DNA of 32,000 nt, from contig NZ_CP042911.1 in assembly GCF_008065095.1 (NCBI RefSeq), positions 8,700,001 through 8,732,000 of the forward strand, given 5' to 3'. The notes under the pieces are model-generated. The model did no database searches. It was not told where the DNA came from and saw nothing but the letters and a program-made list of their open reading frames with translations. Positions 8,314 through 16,523 of this stretch are shown here, piece after piece. Position 1 is the stretch's first letter; the number at the start of each line of letters is the position of its first letter. The stretch comes from Gemmata obscuriglobus (lineage in GTDB: Bacteria > Planctomycetota > Planctomycetia > Gemmatales > Gemmataceae). Both the position numbers and the translations under genes were made by a program.

Positions 8314-9483
8314 ATGTCCGACCCCCGCAGCAGCGCGCAAGGCGTGCTGGAGATGCACCAACGAGGGCACGGGTTCCTCCGCAACCCGGCCCGGAACTAC
8401 GCGCCGACCCCCACCGACCCTTACGTCCCGGGCCAGCTCATCAGCAGACTCAACCTGGCCGAGGGGGTGCAGCTCGGCGGGTCGCTCGAGCCGCCGCGCC
8501 GCGGGCAGGGGCCGCGCCTCGCGGCGGTGACCGAGGTCGAGGGCGCCGACCCCAAGACGTTCCGGCGCCGCGTGTGGGACGAACTCACCCCGGTCGACCC
8601 CACCCGGTGGCTGCGGCTCGAGACCGGCCCCGAGCCGCTCACCACCCGCGTCATGGACCTGTTCACGCCCATCGGGCTGGGCCAGCGGGGCCTGATCGTC
8701 GCCCCGCCGCGGAGCGGCAAAACCGTCCTGCTCACGCACATCGCGCAGGCGGTCCTCACGAACCACCCGAACGTCCACCTCATGATCCTGCTGGTGGACG
8801 AGCGGCCCGAAGAGGTCACCGACATCAAGCGGAACATCATCCGCAAGCCGCCCGCGGAGGCCGTCCCGGGGGCGCCGCTAGCGGCCGCGCCGGTCGAGGT
8901 GATCGCGTCCAGTTCGGACCGCGACACCGCGAACCACACCCGGCTCGCGGAGCTGGTCGTCGAACGGGGGCGGCGGCTCACCGAGCAGGGGCGCGACGTG
9001 GTGGTGCTGCTCGACAGCCTGACCCGGCTGGCCCGGGCGTACAACAAGACCTCCGGGAGCGGCCGCACGATGTCCGGCGGGGTCGATTCGAAGGCGCTGG
9101 ACGTGCCGAAGCGGCTGTTCGGCGCCGCCCGCGCGTTCGAGGAGGGCGGGTCGCTGACCATCCTGGGGACCGCGCTGATCGAGACCGGCTCGCGGATGGA
9201 CGACGTGATTTTTCAGGAGTTCAAGGGCACCGGGAACATGGAACTCGTGCTCAACCGCGCGCTCGCCGAGCGGCGGGTGTACCCCGCCATCGACCTCGGC
9301 GCCTCGGGCACGCGCAAGGAGGAGCGGTTGCTCCCGCCCGAGGCGCTGGAGCAGATCACCCTCCTGCGCCGCAGCATGTTGCAGATGCGCCCGGTCGAGG
9401 CGATGGAGGGGCTCGTTAACAAACTGACGAAGACGAAATCGAATACCGAGTTCCTCGTCAACCTCAGCAAGCTCGGGCGCTAA
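8314..9483 (+). CDS. rho: Transcription termination factor Rho (short N-terminus).
   Basis: The region aligns by eye with E. coli Rho from the cold-shock-like RNA-binding domain onward. Matching blocks are GVLEMHQRGHGFLRNP, Walker A APPRSGKT, LLVDERPEEVT, DSLTRLARAYN, GGSLTILGTALIETGS, EFKGTGNMELVL and the C-terminal KLTKTKSNTEF. The ATG at 8314 is chosen; an in-frame TTG at 8254 is an alternative start. Confidence 0.9.
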   Translation: MSDPRSSAQGVLEMHQRGHGFLRNPARNYAPTPTDPYVPGQLISRLNLAEGVQLGGSLEPPRRGQGPRLAAVTEVEGADPKTFRRRVWDELTPVDPTRWLRLETGPEPLTTRVMDLFTPIGLGQRGLIVAPPRSGKTVLLTHIAQAVLTNHPNVHLMILLVDERPEEVTDIKRNIIRKPPAEAVPGAPLAAAPVEVIASSSDRDTANHTRLAELVVERGRRLTEQGRDVVVLLDSLTRLARAYNKTSGSGRTMSGGVDSKALDVPKRLFGAARAFEEGGSLTILGTALIETGSRMDDVIFQEFKGTGNMELVLNRALAERRVYPAIDLGASGTRKEERLLPPEALEQITLLRRSMLQMRPVEAMEGLVNKLTKTKSNTEFLVNLSKLGR

Positions 9484-9487
9484 AGGT

Positions 9488-9517
9488 TGCACCCGCCTGC
9501 TGACGCAGGCGGGTGCA
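9488..9517 (+). terminator. GC-rich stem-loop immediately after the rho stop codon.
   Basis: tgcacccgcctgc-tgac-gcaggcgggtgca forms a 13-bp perfect stem with a 4-nt loop, starting 5 nt after the TAA at 9481-9483. There is no clear U-tract. Confidence 0.55.
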
Positions 9518-9721
9518 TGCCCTGCCGGGCCGTTACTCTTTTACCGGATTCGGTTTTACCGGCCTCGTCCGTGGCGCCAGGCGGGCGACCGCGGCCCGCC
9601 CGTTTATCCTCCCCAGCCCGCACATTTCCCCGACCTTTCTCCCCCCGCTGCTGTTCCCGAACGTCGCGCGAACGGTTACGTTATCAGTCTCCTAACCCCT
9701 CCATCCGGAGGACCGTCGGTC

Positions 9722-12700
9722 ATGGCCTCACCGCGCGATACGAACGAGGTCGAGCCAACGCTCGTGCCCGGGGCACCGCCCGCACCCGAGTCCCCCCAAG
9801 CCGGGGCCGGGGACACGCCCGCACAGCCGCTCCCCTCGGACGTGACGGTGAACCCCGCTCCGGTCGGCGACACGTCCCCGCCCGCGCCCCTGAACGGCTC
9901 GAACGTGGTTCGGACGACCCGCGGACACGAAAGCAAGCTTTCGACCCCGGTCCGGTTCGGCACTCCGGGCTCCGCCGCGGCGCCCGTTTCGGCCGACGAG
10001 ACGCTCCCGTCCGTGGCCCCGGCCCCCCCAAGCTCAAACGGTTCGCGGGCCGCGAGCGGTACGTTCGTTTCCGCTCCCGGTTTCCCGGTGCAGGCGGAAG
10101 TGGCCGCAGAACCGGTACTGTTCGACGGCGCCGGCATCCCGATCGAGCCGATCCCCTCCGCGGCCGAAACGCTCCCGCCGCTGTTCCCGCCCCCGCCGCC
10201 CCCGAAGGTCCCGGCGGCCCCGACCTTGCCCACCGCCCCCCAGCGCCCGCGCGGGTTCGGCGGGGCGTCGTTTCCGGCCCGTGTCCCCGCACCTACCCAC
10301 CCGATTGGGGCCGACGCCACACTCGTTCAGTCGCCCGCACCCGCACCCGCGGCCGACGACAGCGCGACCTTCGCATCGGGCGCGCGGCCGCTCGACACCG
10401 AGCGCTCTAACGCCGATGTCACGCAGGCCGCGCCCCGGACCCACAGCACGCAAGCCGACGCCGACCCGAACGCGACGCTGCCGAGCCCCGCGAGCGGGTT
10501 CGCCGAAGCCGGAAGCGCGGACCCGCTGTCCCACGACACCGTTCCGACCGCGGCGCCCGGGGCCGGGCGCCGCGCGCCCAACGAGACCGGCACGATGGTC
10601 GGCCGGTTCGCCCTCCGCGGGCTGCACGCCTCGGGCGGCCTGGGCGAGGTGTTCACCGCCCGCGACACCGAGCTGAACCGCGAGGTGGCGGTCAAGCGGA
10701 TCAAGTCGCGGTACGCCGACGACCCCGGCAGCCGGCGCCGGTTCCTCACCGAGGCCGAGCTGACCGCCCGGCTCGACCACCCCGGCGTGGTGCCGGTGTT
10801 CGGGCTGGTCAACGACGCCCGCGGGCGCCCGGTCTACGCGATGCGGTTCATCCGCGGCGAGACCCTCAAGGACGAGATCGACCGGTACCACAGCCCGGGA
10901 ACGGCGGGCGGCGCCGCCGGGTCCGAGAAGACGGAAAAAACGGACGGTGGGGAAGCAAAGGTTGGCGAGCCCCGGCCGCCCGCGGCGGCCGCCGCGGCCG
11001 AGAAGGCGGTGCCGCGCACGGTCGCGTTCCGGAAGCTGCTGTCGCGGTTCGTGGCCGTGTGCCAGGCGATCGCCTACGCGCACGAGAAGGGCATCATCCA
11101 CCGCGACATCAAGCCCGCCAACGTGATGGTCGGCAAGTTCGGCGAGGTGCTCGTCGTGGACTGGGGGCTGGCGAAGTCGCTCGCCGACGGCCCCGACTTC
11201 GAGCGCGTCATGAAGGCGCAGGCCGAGAGCGGGTTCCGGCACGACCCGGAGGCCACGGACCTGCCGTCGCACATGACGCTGGCGGGCACCGCCGTCGGCA
11301 CGCCGTCGTACATGCCGCCGGAGCAGGCCGCCGGCGAGGTCGACAAGGTCGGCCCGCGGGCCGACGTGTACTCGCTCGGGGCGACGCTGTTCGCGATCCT
11401 CACCGGCCGCGCCCCGTTCGTCGGGCGGAGCCCCAACGAAACGCTGGAGCTGGTGCGGCGCGGCGCGTTCGAGCCGCCGGCGCGGGTCCGCGCCGACTGC
11501 CCGAAGCCGCTCTCGGCGGTCTGCGAAAAGGCGATGGCGCTGCGGCAGGAGGAGCGGTACGCCACCGCGCAGGAGCTGGCCGCGGACGTCGAGCGGTGGC
11601 TCTCGGACGAGCCCGTCACCGCGTACCGGGACCCGCCGCTGGCCCGGCTCGCCCGGTGGGCGCGCCGGCACCCGAGTCGGATCGCGGCGGGCGTGTCGCT
11701 GCTGCTCGCGGGGCTGCTCGCGGCCGGCGGCATCGCGTGGGCCGTGTACCTCGGCGAGCAGAGGGCGATCGAGGAGCAGCGCCGCACCGAGGCGGCCCGC
11801 AAGGAGACCGCCGAGGCGCTGGACGCGCTGGGCGTCCAGCAGCAAGAAACGCTCCGGCAGCGCGACGAGGCCGCGCGGCAGCGCGACGAAGCGGGCGTCG
11901 CCCGCGACCAAGAGCGGAAGGCCCGCGACCTCGCCCGCGGCCGGTACAAGAAGGCGGTCGACACCTACAACACGCTGATCCGCGACGTCGACAAGAAGCT
12001 CGCCGACCGCGAGAACATGCAGGCCATCCGGGAGCGCCTGCTGCTCGACGCGACCGAGGGGCTACAAAAGCTCGTCGCTGAGAAGGGCGAGGGCGACATC
12101 GGGGCCGACGCCACGCTCGTCGCGGCGCACAGACAGATGGGCGAGGTGTACCAGCTCCTAGGCAAGACCGAGTCCGCGAAGCAGCAGTTCGCCGAGGCCG
12201 TGCGGATCGCAGAACAGGTGCAAGAGCAGGCAACGAAAGCCACGGGACGCACGCCCGAGGCCCGCGCCGCGGACCGTCGCGAGGCGGACCGCGACCTCGC
12301 CCGCGCGCTGGTCGCACAGGCCGGCGCCCTCGCCGTGGGCCAGTCGAAGGCCGCCGAGGCGGCCGTGGACCGGGCGATCCAGTTGCTCGAAGCGATCCCC
12401 GGCTGGGACCGGGACCCCGCGATCCAACAAGAGGTGGCCGCGGCGAAGGCCCGGCGCGCGGCGATCCGCCTGGAACTCGGCGCCACCGGCCGGGCCATCG
12501 ACGACTGCCGAAACGCGGAACAGATCCGCCGGCGGCTGTCGCAGAGCCCGCCCGACCCGGCCCTGACCGACGAGCAAAAGCAAGTTCAGAAGCGCGACCG
12601 CGAGCGCGAGTGGGGCGACAGCCTCGACGCGCTGGCCCAACTGCAGCTTCGCACCGGTAAGACTGCGGACGCGCGGGCCAGCGCGGAAGAGGCCCTCCGT

Positions 12701-14368
12701 GCCCGCGAGTCGGTCCACCGGGACTTCCCGCTCCACCCGGATGTCCGGCGCGAACTGGCCGCGGGCCACGCCCGGCTGGGCGAGGTGCTGTTCGACCGCG
12801 CCCTCATGACCGAGGCCGAGAAGAAGTACCGGGACGCGGCCGGGGTGCTCCGGAAGCTCGTGACCGACGACCAGGACAACGCCGGCGCCCGCGCCGACCT
12901 CGCGGCCGTGTACGGGCGCCTGGGACAGGTCCAGATCCGCACCGGCGATCTGAACGCGGCGGTCGAGAACACGCGGAGCGCCCGGGCCGAGTGCGAACAG
13001 CTTCTGAAGATGGACCCCAAGTCGGCGAAGGCCCAGCGGGACCTGGCACAGGCGTGCGAGCGGCACGGGGACGCGCTTTTGGCCGGCGCCCGCGCGCGGC
13101 GCGGCGCGGGCACCGACCTCGTGACGAAGGGGTTGGACGAGTACCAAGCGGGACTGGCGCTGCTACGCAATCTCAAAACGCTCGACGCCGAGAGCGCCGC
13201 CACGGGCACCGAACTGGCCCGCAGCCTCGAGCGCGTCGGCGACGGCCGGCTCGCGCTCAAGAACCCGCTCGGCGCGCTCGAGGCGCTCAAGGAGAGCGAG
13301 GCGCTGCGGCGGACGGCCGCGACCGGCGACCCCGATTCGGCGAGCGCCAAGCGCGACCTCGCGGTGGTGCTGTACAAGCAAGCGGACGCGTGCTGCGCGG
13401 CGGGCAAACCTGCAACGGCCAACACGCTGTCCTCCGAGGCAACCCGGTTACTGGTAGACCTGACCCGGGCGAACGGGGCGAGCGGCGGCACGACGCGCGA
13501 CCTGGCGGTGGCCTACGGGAAGTGGGGGCAGGTGCTCGCGGGCGCCGGCCGGCCGACCGGGGCGCTGCTGGTGTGGCAGAACTCCCTTTCGCGGTTCCAG
13601 GCGCTGGCCCGGCTCGACCCGGGCAACAAACAGGCAAAAGAGGAGCAGGCCGAGGCGTGGGAGCGGATCGCCGGCTTCTACACGTCGGTCGGCAACGCGG
13701 ACCGCGCGCTGGCGGCGGCGCGGTCCGCACTGAAGCTGTGGGACGAGGTGTGGGACAAGCCGGCCGAGCGCACGAAGGCCGGGCGGTTGCGGCTGGCGCT
13801 CGCCCGCGTCCGGGTCGGCGACCTGTACACCGAGGTGCGGCAGTTCGACCAGGCCGACCGCGCGTACGCCGACGCGCTGAAAGACGTGGACCAGATGAAG
13901 GGCGACCCGCTGCTCGGGCCGGTGGTCGATTTGGCGAACGACAAGTTGCTGTTTCTGGCGGCGGTGCGCAGCGGGATCAACAACCCGCGCAACCTGAAGC
14001 AGAAGCAGTTCGACGGCGTGCGGAACGAGGCGCTGCGGGTGATCGCGAAGATCGAACTCCGCGCCGGGCGCGCGGCCGACGCCGCGAACGTCGCCGACCT
14101 GCTGGCCGAGGACGCGAAGTCGGCGGAGGACTGGTTCGCGGTAGCGGCGACATACGCCGGGTGCACCGCGCTGACCGACAGCGGAACCGAGTCGGCGCGG
14201 AACTATAGCGCGAAGTGCGCGGTCTCGTCGCTGCGGGCCGCGGTGAAAGCGGGATTCCGCAACGCGGACGCGCTCACCACCCCGGAGTGGGACGCCGTTC
14301 GCACCCGCGTCCCGAAGGAGTTCGCCGAGGCGCACGCCGAACTAATGAGGCTCCGCGGCACGGAATGA
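9722..14368 (+). CDS. Membrane-spanning Ser/Thr protein kinase. Layout: about 290-aa Pro/Ala-rich N-terminal region, Hanks-type kinase domain, one TM segment, then about 850-aa coiled-coil/TPR-like helical-repeat region.
   Basis: 1548-aa ORF. Kinase motifs are GGLGEVF (G-loop), AVKRIK (VAIK), HRDIKPANVMV (catalytic loop), DWGLAK (DFG equivalent), GTPSYMPPEQ (APE region) and DVYSLGATLF. The TM segment is IAAGVSLLLAGLLAAGGIAWAVYL. The C-terminus has many Ala/Leu-rich two-helix repeats (for example AHRQMGEVYQLLGKTESAKQQFAEAVRI). An internal ATG at 10595, just before the kinase domain, is an alternative start. Confidence 0.85.
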   Translation: MASPRDTNEVEPTLVPGAPPAPESPQAGAGDTPAQPLPSDVTVNPAPVGDTSPPAPLNGSNVVRTTRGHESKLSTPVRFGTPGSAAAPVSADETLPSVAPAPPSSNGSRAASGTFVSAPGFPVQAEVAAEPVLFDGAGIPIEPIPSAAETLPPLFPPPPPPKVPAAPTLPTAPQRPRGFGGASFPARVPAPTHPIGADATLVQSPAPAPAADDSATFASGARPLDTERSNADVTQAAPRTHSTQADADPNATLPSPASGFAEAGSADPLSHDTVPTAAPGAGRRAPNETGTMVGRFALRGLHASGGLGEVFTARDTELNREVAVKRIKSRYADDPGSRRRFLTEAELTARLDHPGVVPVFGLVNDARGRPVYAMRFIRGETLKDEIDRYHSPGTAGGAAGSEKTEKTDGGEAKVGEPRPPAAAAAAEKAVPRTVAFRKLLSRFVAVCQAIAYAHEKGIIHRDIKPANVMVGKFGEVLVVDWGLAKSLADGPDFERVMKAQAESGFRHDPEATDLPSHMTLAGTAVGTPSYMPPEQAAGEVDKVGPRADVYSLGATLFAILTGRAPFVGRSPNETLELVRRGAFEPPARVRADCPKPLSAVCEKAMALRQEERYATAQELAADVERWLSDEPVTAYRDPPLARLARWARRHPSRIAAGVSLLLAGLLAAGGIAWAVYLGEQRAIEEQRRTEAARKETAEALDALGVQQQETLRQRDEAARQRDEAGVARDQERKARDLARGRYKKAVDTYNTLIRDVDKKLADRENMQAIRERLLLDATEGLQKLVAEKGEGDIGADATLVAAHRQMGEVYQLLGKTESAKQQFAEAVRIAEQVQEQATKATGRTPEARAADRREADRDLARALVAQAGALAVGQSKAAEAAVDRAIQLLEAIPGWDRDPAIQQEVAAAKARRAAIRLELGATGRAIDDCRNAEQIRRRLSQSPPDPALTDEQKQVQKRDREREWGDSLDALAQLQLRTGKTADARASAEEALRARESVHRDFPLHPDVRRELAAGHARLGEVLFDRALMTEAEKKYRDAAGVLRKLVTDDQDNAGARADLAAVYGRLGQVQIRTGDLNAAVENTRSARAECEQLLKMDPKSAKAQRDLAQACERHGDALLAGARARRGAGTDLVTKGLDEYQAGLALLRNLKTLDAESAATGTELARSLERVGDGRLALKNPLGALEALKESEALRRTAATGDPDSASAKRDLAVVLYKQADACCAAGKPATANTLSSEATRLLVDLTRANGASGGTTRDLAVAYGKWGQVLAGAGRPTGALLVWQNSLSRFQALARLDPGNKQAKEEQAEAWERIAGFYTSVGNADRALAAARSALKLWDEVWDKPAERTKAGRLRLALARVRVGDLYTEVRQFDQADRAYADALKDVDQMKGDPLLGPVVDLANDKLLFLAAVRSGINNPRNLKQKQFDGVRNEALRVIAKIELRAGRAADAANVADLLAEDAKSAEDWFAVAATYAGCTALTDSGTESARNYSAKCAVSSLRAAVKAGFRNADALTTPEWDAVRTRVPKEFAEAHAELMRLRGTE

Positions 14369-14479
14369 TAATGGCCCCGTTGGCACGCTTGTATTTGCCT
14401 TGAATGTAGCCGGCTCGCGGAGCGACAGCCCGAGGCGAAGGCAATGCGGCACTCAAACGCGACAGAGTGGTCAGCAGCA

Positions 14480-14558
14480 TTTTGACAGGATCGACAGGAT
14501 AAACAGGATTTTAAATCGACCTGTCTTCATCCGGTGAATCCTGTTGATCCTGTCAAAA
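14480..14558. repeat. Symmetric array of six ACAGGAT-type units: three forward at 9-bp spacing, then three inverted.
   Basis: The forward units are gacaggat at 14484-14491, gacaggat at 14493-14500 and aacaggat at 14502-14509. The inverted units are gacctgtc at 14518-14525, atcctgtt at 14538-14545 and atcctgtc at 14547-14554. The outer arms ttttgacaggatc (14480-14492) and gatcctgtcaaaa (14546-14558) are exact reverse complements. The array lies in the AT-rich gap between the kinase and the vWA gene. Confidence 0.8.
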
Positions 14559-14715
14559 TTGGTCTTCGTGAACACGAGGCCCGCGTGGGCCGAAGCTAAG
14601 CCACGACCAGCCGCTCATCCCGTCCCCGGTTCTTAGGAAGAGGCTGCAAGGCCGCGGCCACCAACACCTCAACATATTTCTCGCCGTGGTCTTGCGTGGC
14701 TAGAGTCATGCGGGT

Positions 14716-15642
14716 ATGTCGCGCGGTATGAGAGCGTCCGCACGCACCACCCGTACCGCACTTCGCCGGGCCGTGTGGGCGTCCGTCACGCTGCACGCGG
14801 TTGCCGCTTCCGGGCTGATCGTGCTGGTGCGCACGCGCGAGGTCGAGCCGCCCAAGCCGCCGCCCATCGACACCCGCGCGTCATACGTTCAAATGCACCT
14901 CGCCGAAACCATCGGTGAGGTCGAAGTGCGGCCCGACCCTCCAACTCCCACGCCGGCCGCGCCCGCCGCCAAGCCGCCCGCCGCCAAGCTGCCCGAAACT
15001 GCCCCCGAACCGCCACCGGTTGCCGGTCCCGCCGGCCCCTTCACGCCCGCGGTTCCGCACACGCTCCCGCCGGAACTGGTTGCGCTGATCCGCAAACCGC
15101 CAGCCGGGCCGACCGTCGGTGCCGTCCCCGACCCGAATGTAAAGCCCGCCGGGGCGATCGCGGCGGCCGCTCCGGTTAGTACCGGCCGTGTGCTACACGG
15201 CGCGTTCAAGCCCGCCCAAACCGTGGTGTACCTGATCGATTGCTCCGGCAGCATGGGAGCCGCCGGGAAGTCCGCCGCCGCGCGGTCGGCGCTACTGGCG
15301 ACGCTCGCGCGGCAACCCGCGACCGTCCGGTTTCAGGTGATCGCATACGACAGCACGCCCCGCGCACTCGTTTCAGGCGGGACGGTTCTCGCGACCCCGG
15401 AGAACATCCAGGCGGCTTCCGCGCGGCTCGACCGTGCCGAGCCGCGCGGAAGCAGCAAGCACCTCATCGCCCTGCGGGCCGCCCTCGACCTGCGCCCCGA
15501 TGTGGTCGTGTGGCTCACCGACGCGGACGACCTCACCGGGGCGGCGATCAGGCCGGTTTTGAAGGCGTCGGGCCGTCCGGTCCCGGTGTGCGTGGGACTC
15601 GTCACCGCAACCGGTGTACAACAGCTACGCGAACTGAAATAG
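14716..15642 (+). CDS. Membrane-anchored von Willebrand factor A (vWA) domain protein with a Pro-rich linker.
   Basis: 308-aa ORF. A basic N-terminus (MSRGMRASARTTRTALRR) is followed by the TM segment AVWASVTLHAVAASGLIVLV and a Pro/Ala-rich spacer. The compact vWA-like domain carries the MIDAS motif VYLIDCSGSMG (DxSxS) and a later WLTDADD. The start is uncertain; ATG 14728 is also possible. Confidence 0.7.
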   Translation: MSRGMRASARTTRTALRRAVWASVTLHAVAASGLIVLVRTREVEPPKPPPIDTRASYVQMHLAETIGEVEVRPDPPTPTPAAPAAKPPAAKLPETAPEPPPVAGPAGPFTPAVPHTLPPELVALIRKPPAGPTVGAVPDPNVKPAGAIAAAAPVSTGRVLHGAFKPAQTVVYLIDCSGSMGAAGKSAAARSALLATLARQPATVRFQVIAYDSTPRALVSGGTVLATPENIQAASARLDRAEPRGSSKHLIALRAALDLRPDVVVWLTDADDLTGAAIRPVLKASGRPVPVCVGLVTATGVQQLRELK

Positions 15643-15655
15643 CGGAGCCGCACCG

Positions 15656-16435
15656 ATGCCGACCCAACTCTCCCCGTGGCCGCGCCCCGATTTCGTCCCC
15701 GGTGGCGGGGACGCGCTGCTGTTCTTCGTGGTGTTCGGGGACTTCGATCTCACCAAGCCGTTCGGCGTGTCGAAGTACCGCTCGCGCGGGCCGGCCGACT
15801 GGCTCGAGGTGACCCACTTCGAGCGCACCAAGGCGCCCGAAGTGTTCGCGGACTACCAGTCCGGAACGCTGTGGGCCGAACTCGCCCGCGACTCGCCGGT
15901 GACGGCGTCCGCGGCGCTGAACGCGCCGCAAGCGGTCGCGGTCCGCGCCGAGGTGACCGACCCGAACTCGCTCGACTACTTCCGCGACGCCATCGGCGTG
16001 CTGACGTGGCTGCTCGACTGCGGCGGGCTGGCGGTTTACGACCCGCAGCGGCTCTGGTTGTGGTCCGCGGACGAGTGGCGGGACGAGGTCTTCTCCCCGA
16101 CCGAGCCGCAACCGCTGGCGCACACCGTGATCCTGCTCTCGGAAGAGGAGGACCCGGACCTGACGTGGGTCCACACGCGCGGTATGCGCCAGTACGGGCG
16201 CCCGGACCTCAGCGTTCACAACGTCGGGCCGGAGCACATGGAAGTCGTCACGGAGATGATCGAGCGGTTCACGGTCTACCAGGCGTGGGGCGGGGTGGTC
16301 GGCGACGGCGAGAAGGTCAAGATGCCGTCCCTCCCCGCGGGCGGCGTGTGCCACCGCCGCGGCAGCCTCGACGACCCGGACTTCAACAACGTCCACATCG
16401 AGATCGAGTGGGCCAGCGGGGCCATTCGCAAGTGA
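15656..16435 (+). CDS. Hypothetical cytoplasmic protein, 259 aa, with no family I can assign confidently.
   Basis: The ATG at 15656 lies 13 nt after the vWA stop codon and is preceded by GGAG at 15644-15647, which suggests operon coupling. The sequence is protein-like, with no signal peptide or TM segment. The C-terminal block WVHTRGMRQYGRPDLSVHNVGPEHMEVVTEMIERF vaguely recalls SUFU-like/DUF4261-type domains, at very low confidence. Confidence 0.6.
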   Translation: MPTQLSPWPRPDFVPGGGDALLFFVVFGDFDLTKPFGVSKYRSRGPADWLEVTHFERTKAPEVFADYQSGTLWAELARDSPVTASAALNAPQAVAVRAEVTDPNSLDYFRDAIGVLTWLLDCGGLAVYDPQRLWLWSADEWRDEVFSPTEPQPLAHTVILLSEEEDPDLTWVHTRGMRQYGRPDLSVHNVGPEHMEVVTEMIERFTVYQAWGGVVGDGEKVKMPSLPAGGVCHRRGSLDDPDFNNVHIEIEWASGAIRK

Positions 16436-16523
16436 CGCCGGCGGCCCGCTTCTGCTCTCGCGTCACCTCGAAGCGACACGAACACGATCGCAAGAGCGGG
16501 CCGCAGGCCCGCGCTCCAGAGAA

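Noticed and set aside
10034-11911. Very long ORFs on the opposite strand or in alternative frames of real genes. Examples are 10034..11911 (-) 625 aa, 5362..6618 (+) 418 aa, 17531..18922 (+) 463 aa, 2295..3467 (+) 390 aa, 27498..29117 (-) 539 aa, 7986..9419 (+) 477 aa and 20901..21878 (-).
   Set aside because: Their translations are dominated by Arg/Gly/Pro/Ala runs with no recognisable motifs. Each fully overlaps a frame that carries clear family signatures (kinase, MCP, SGNH, DUF4340, Rho, DnaA). This is the usual stop-codon-poor artefact of high-GC DNA.
16497-16511. Small hairpin cgggcc-gca-ggcccg between the convergent 259-aa gene and the AAA gene, as a bidirectional terminator.
   Set aside because: It has only a 6-bp stem with a 3-nt loop and no U-tract, which is indistinguishable from chance GC-rich self-complementarity.
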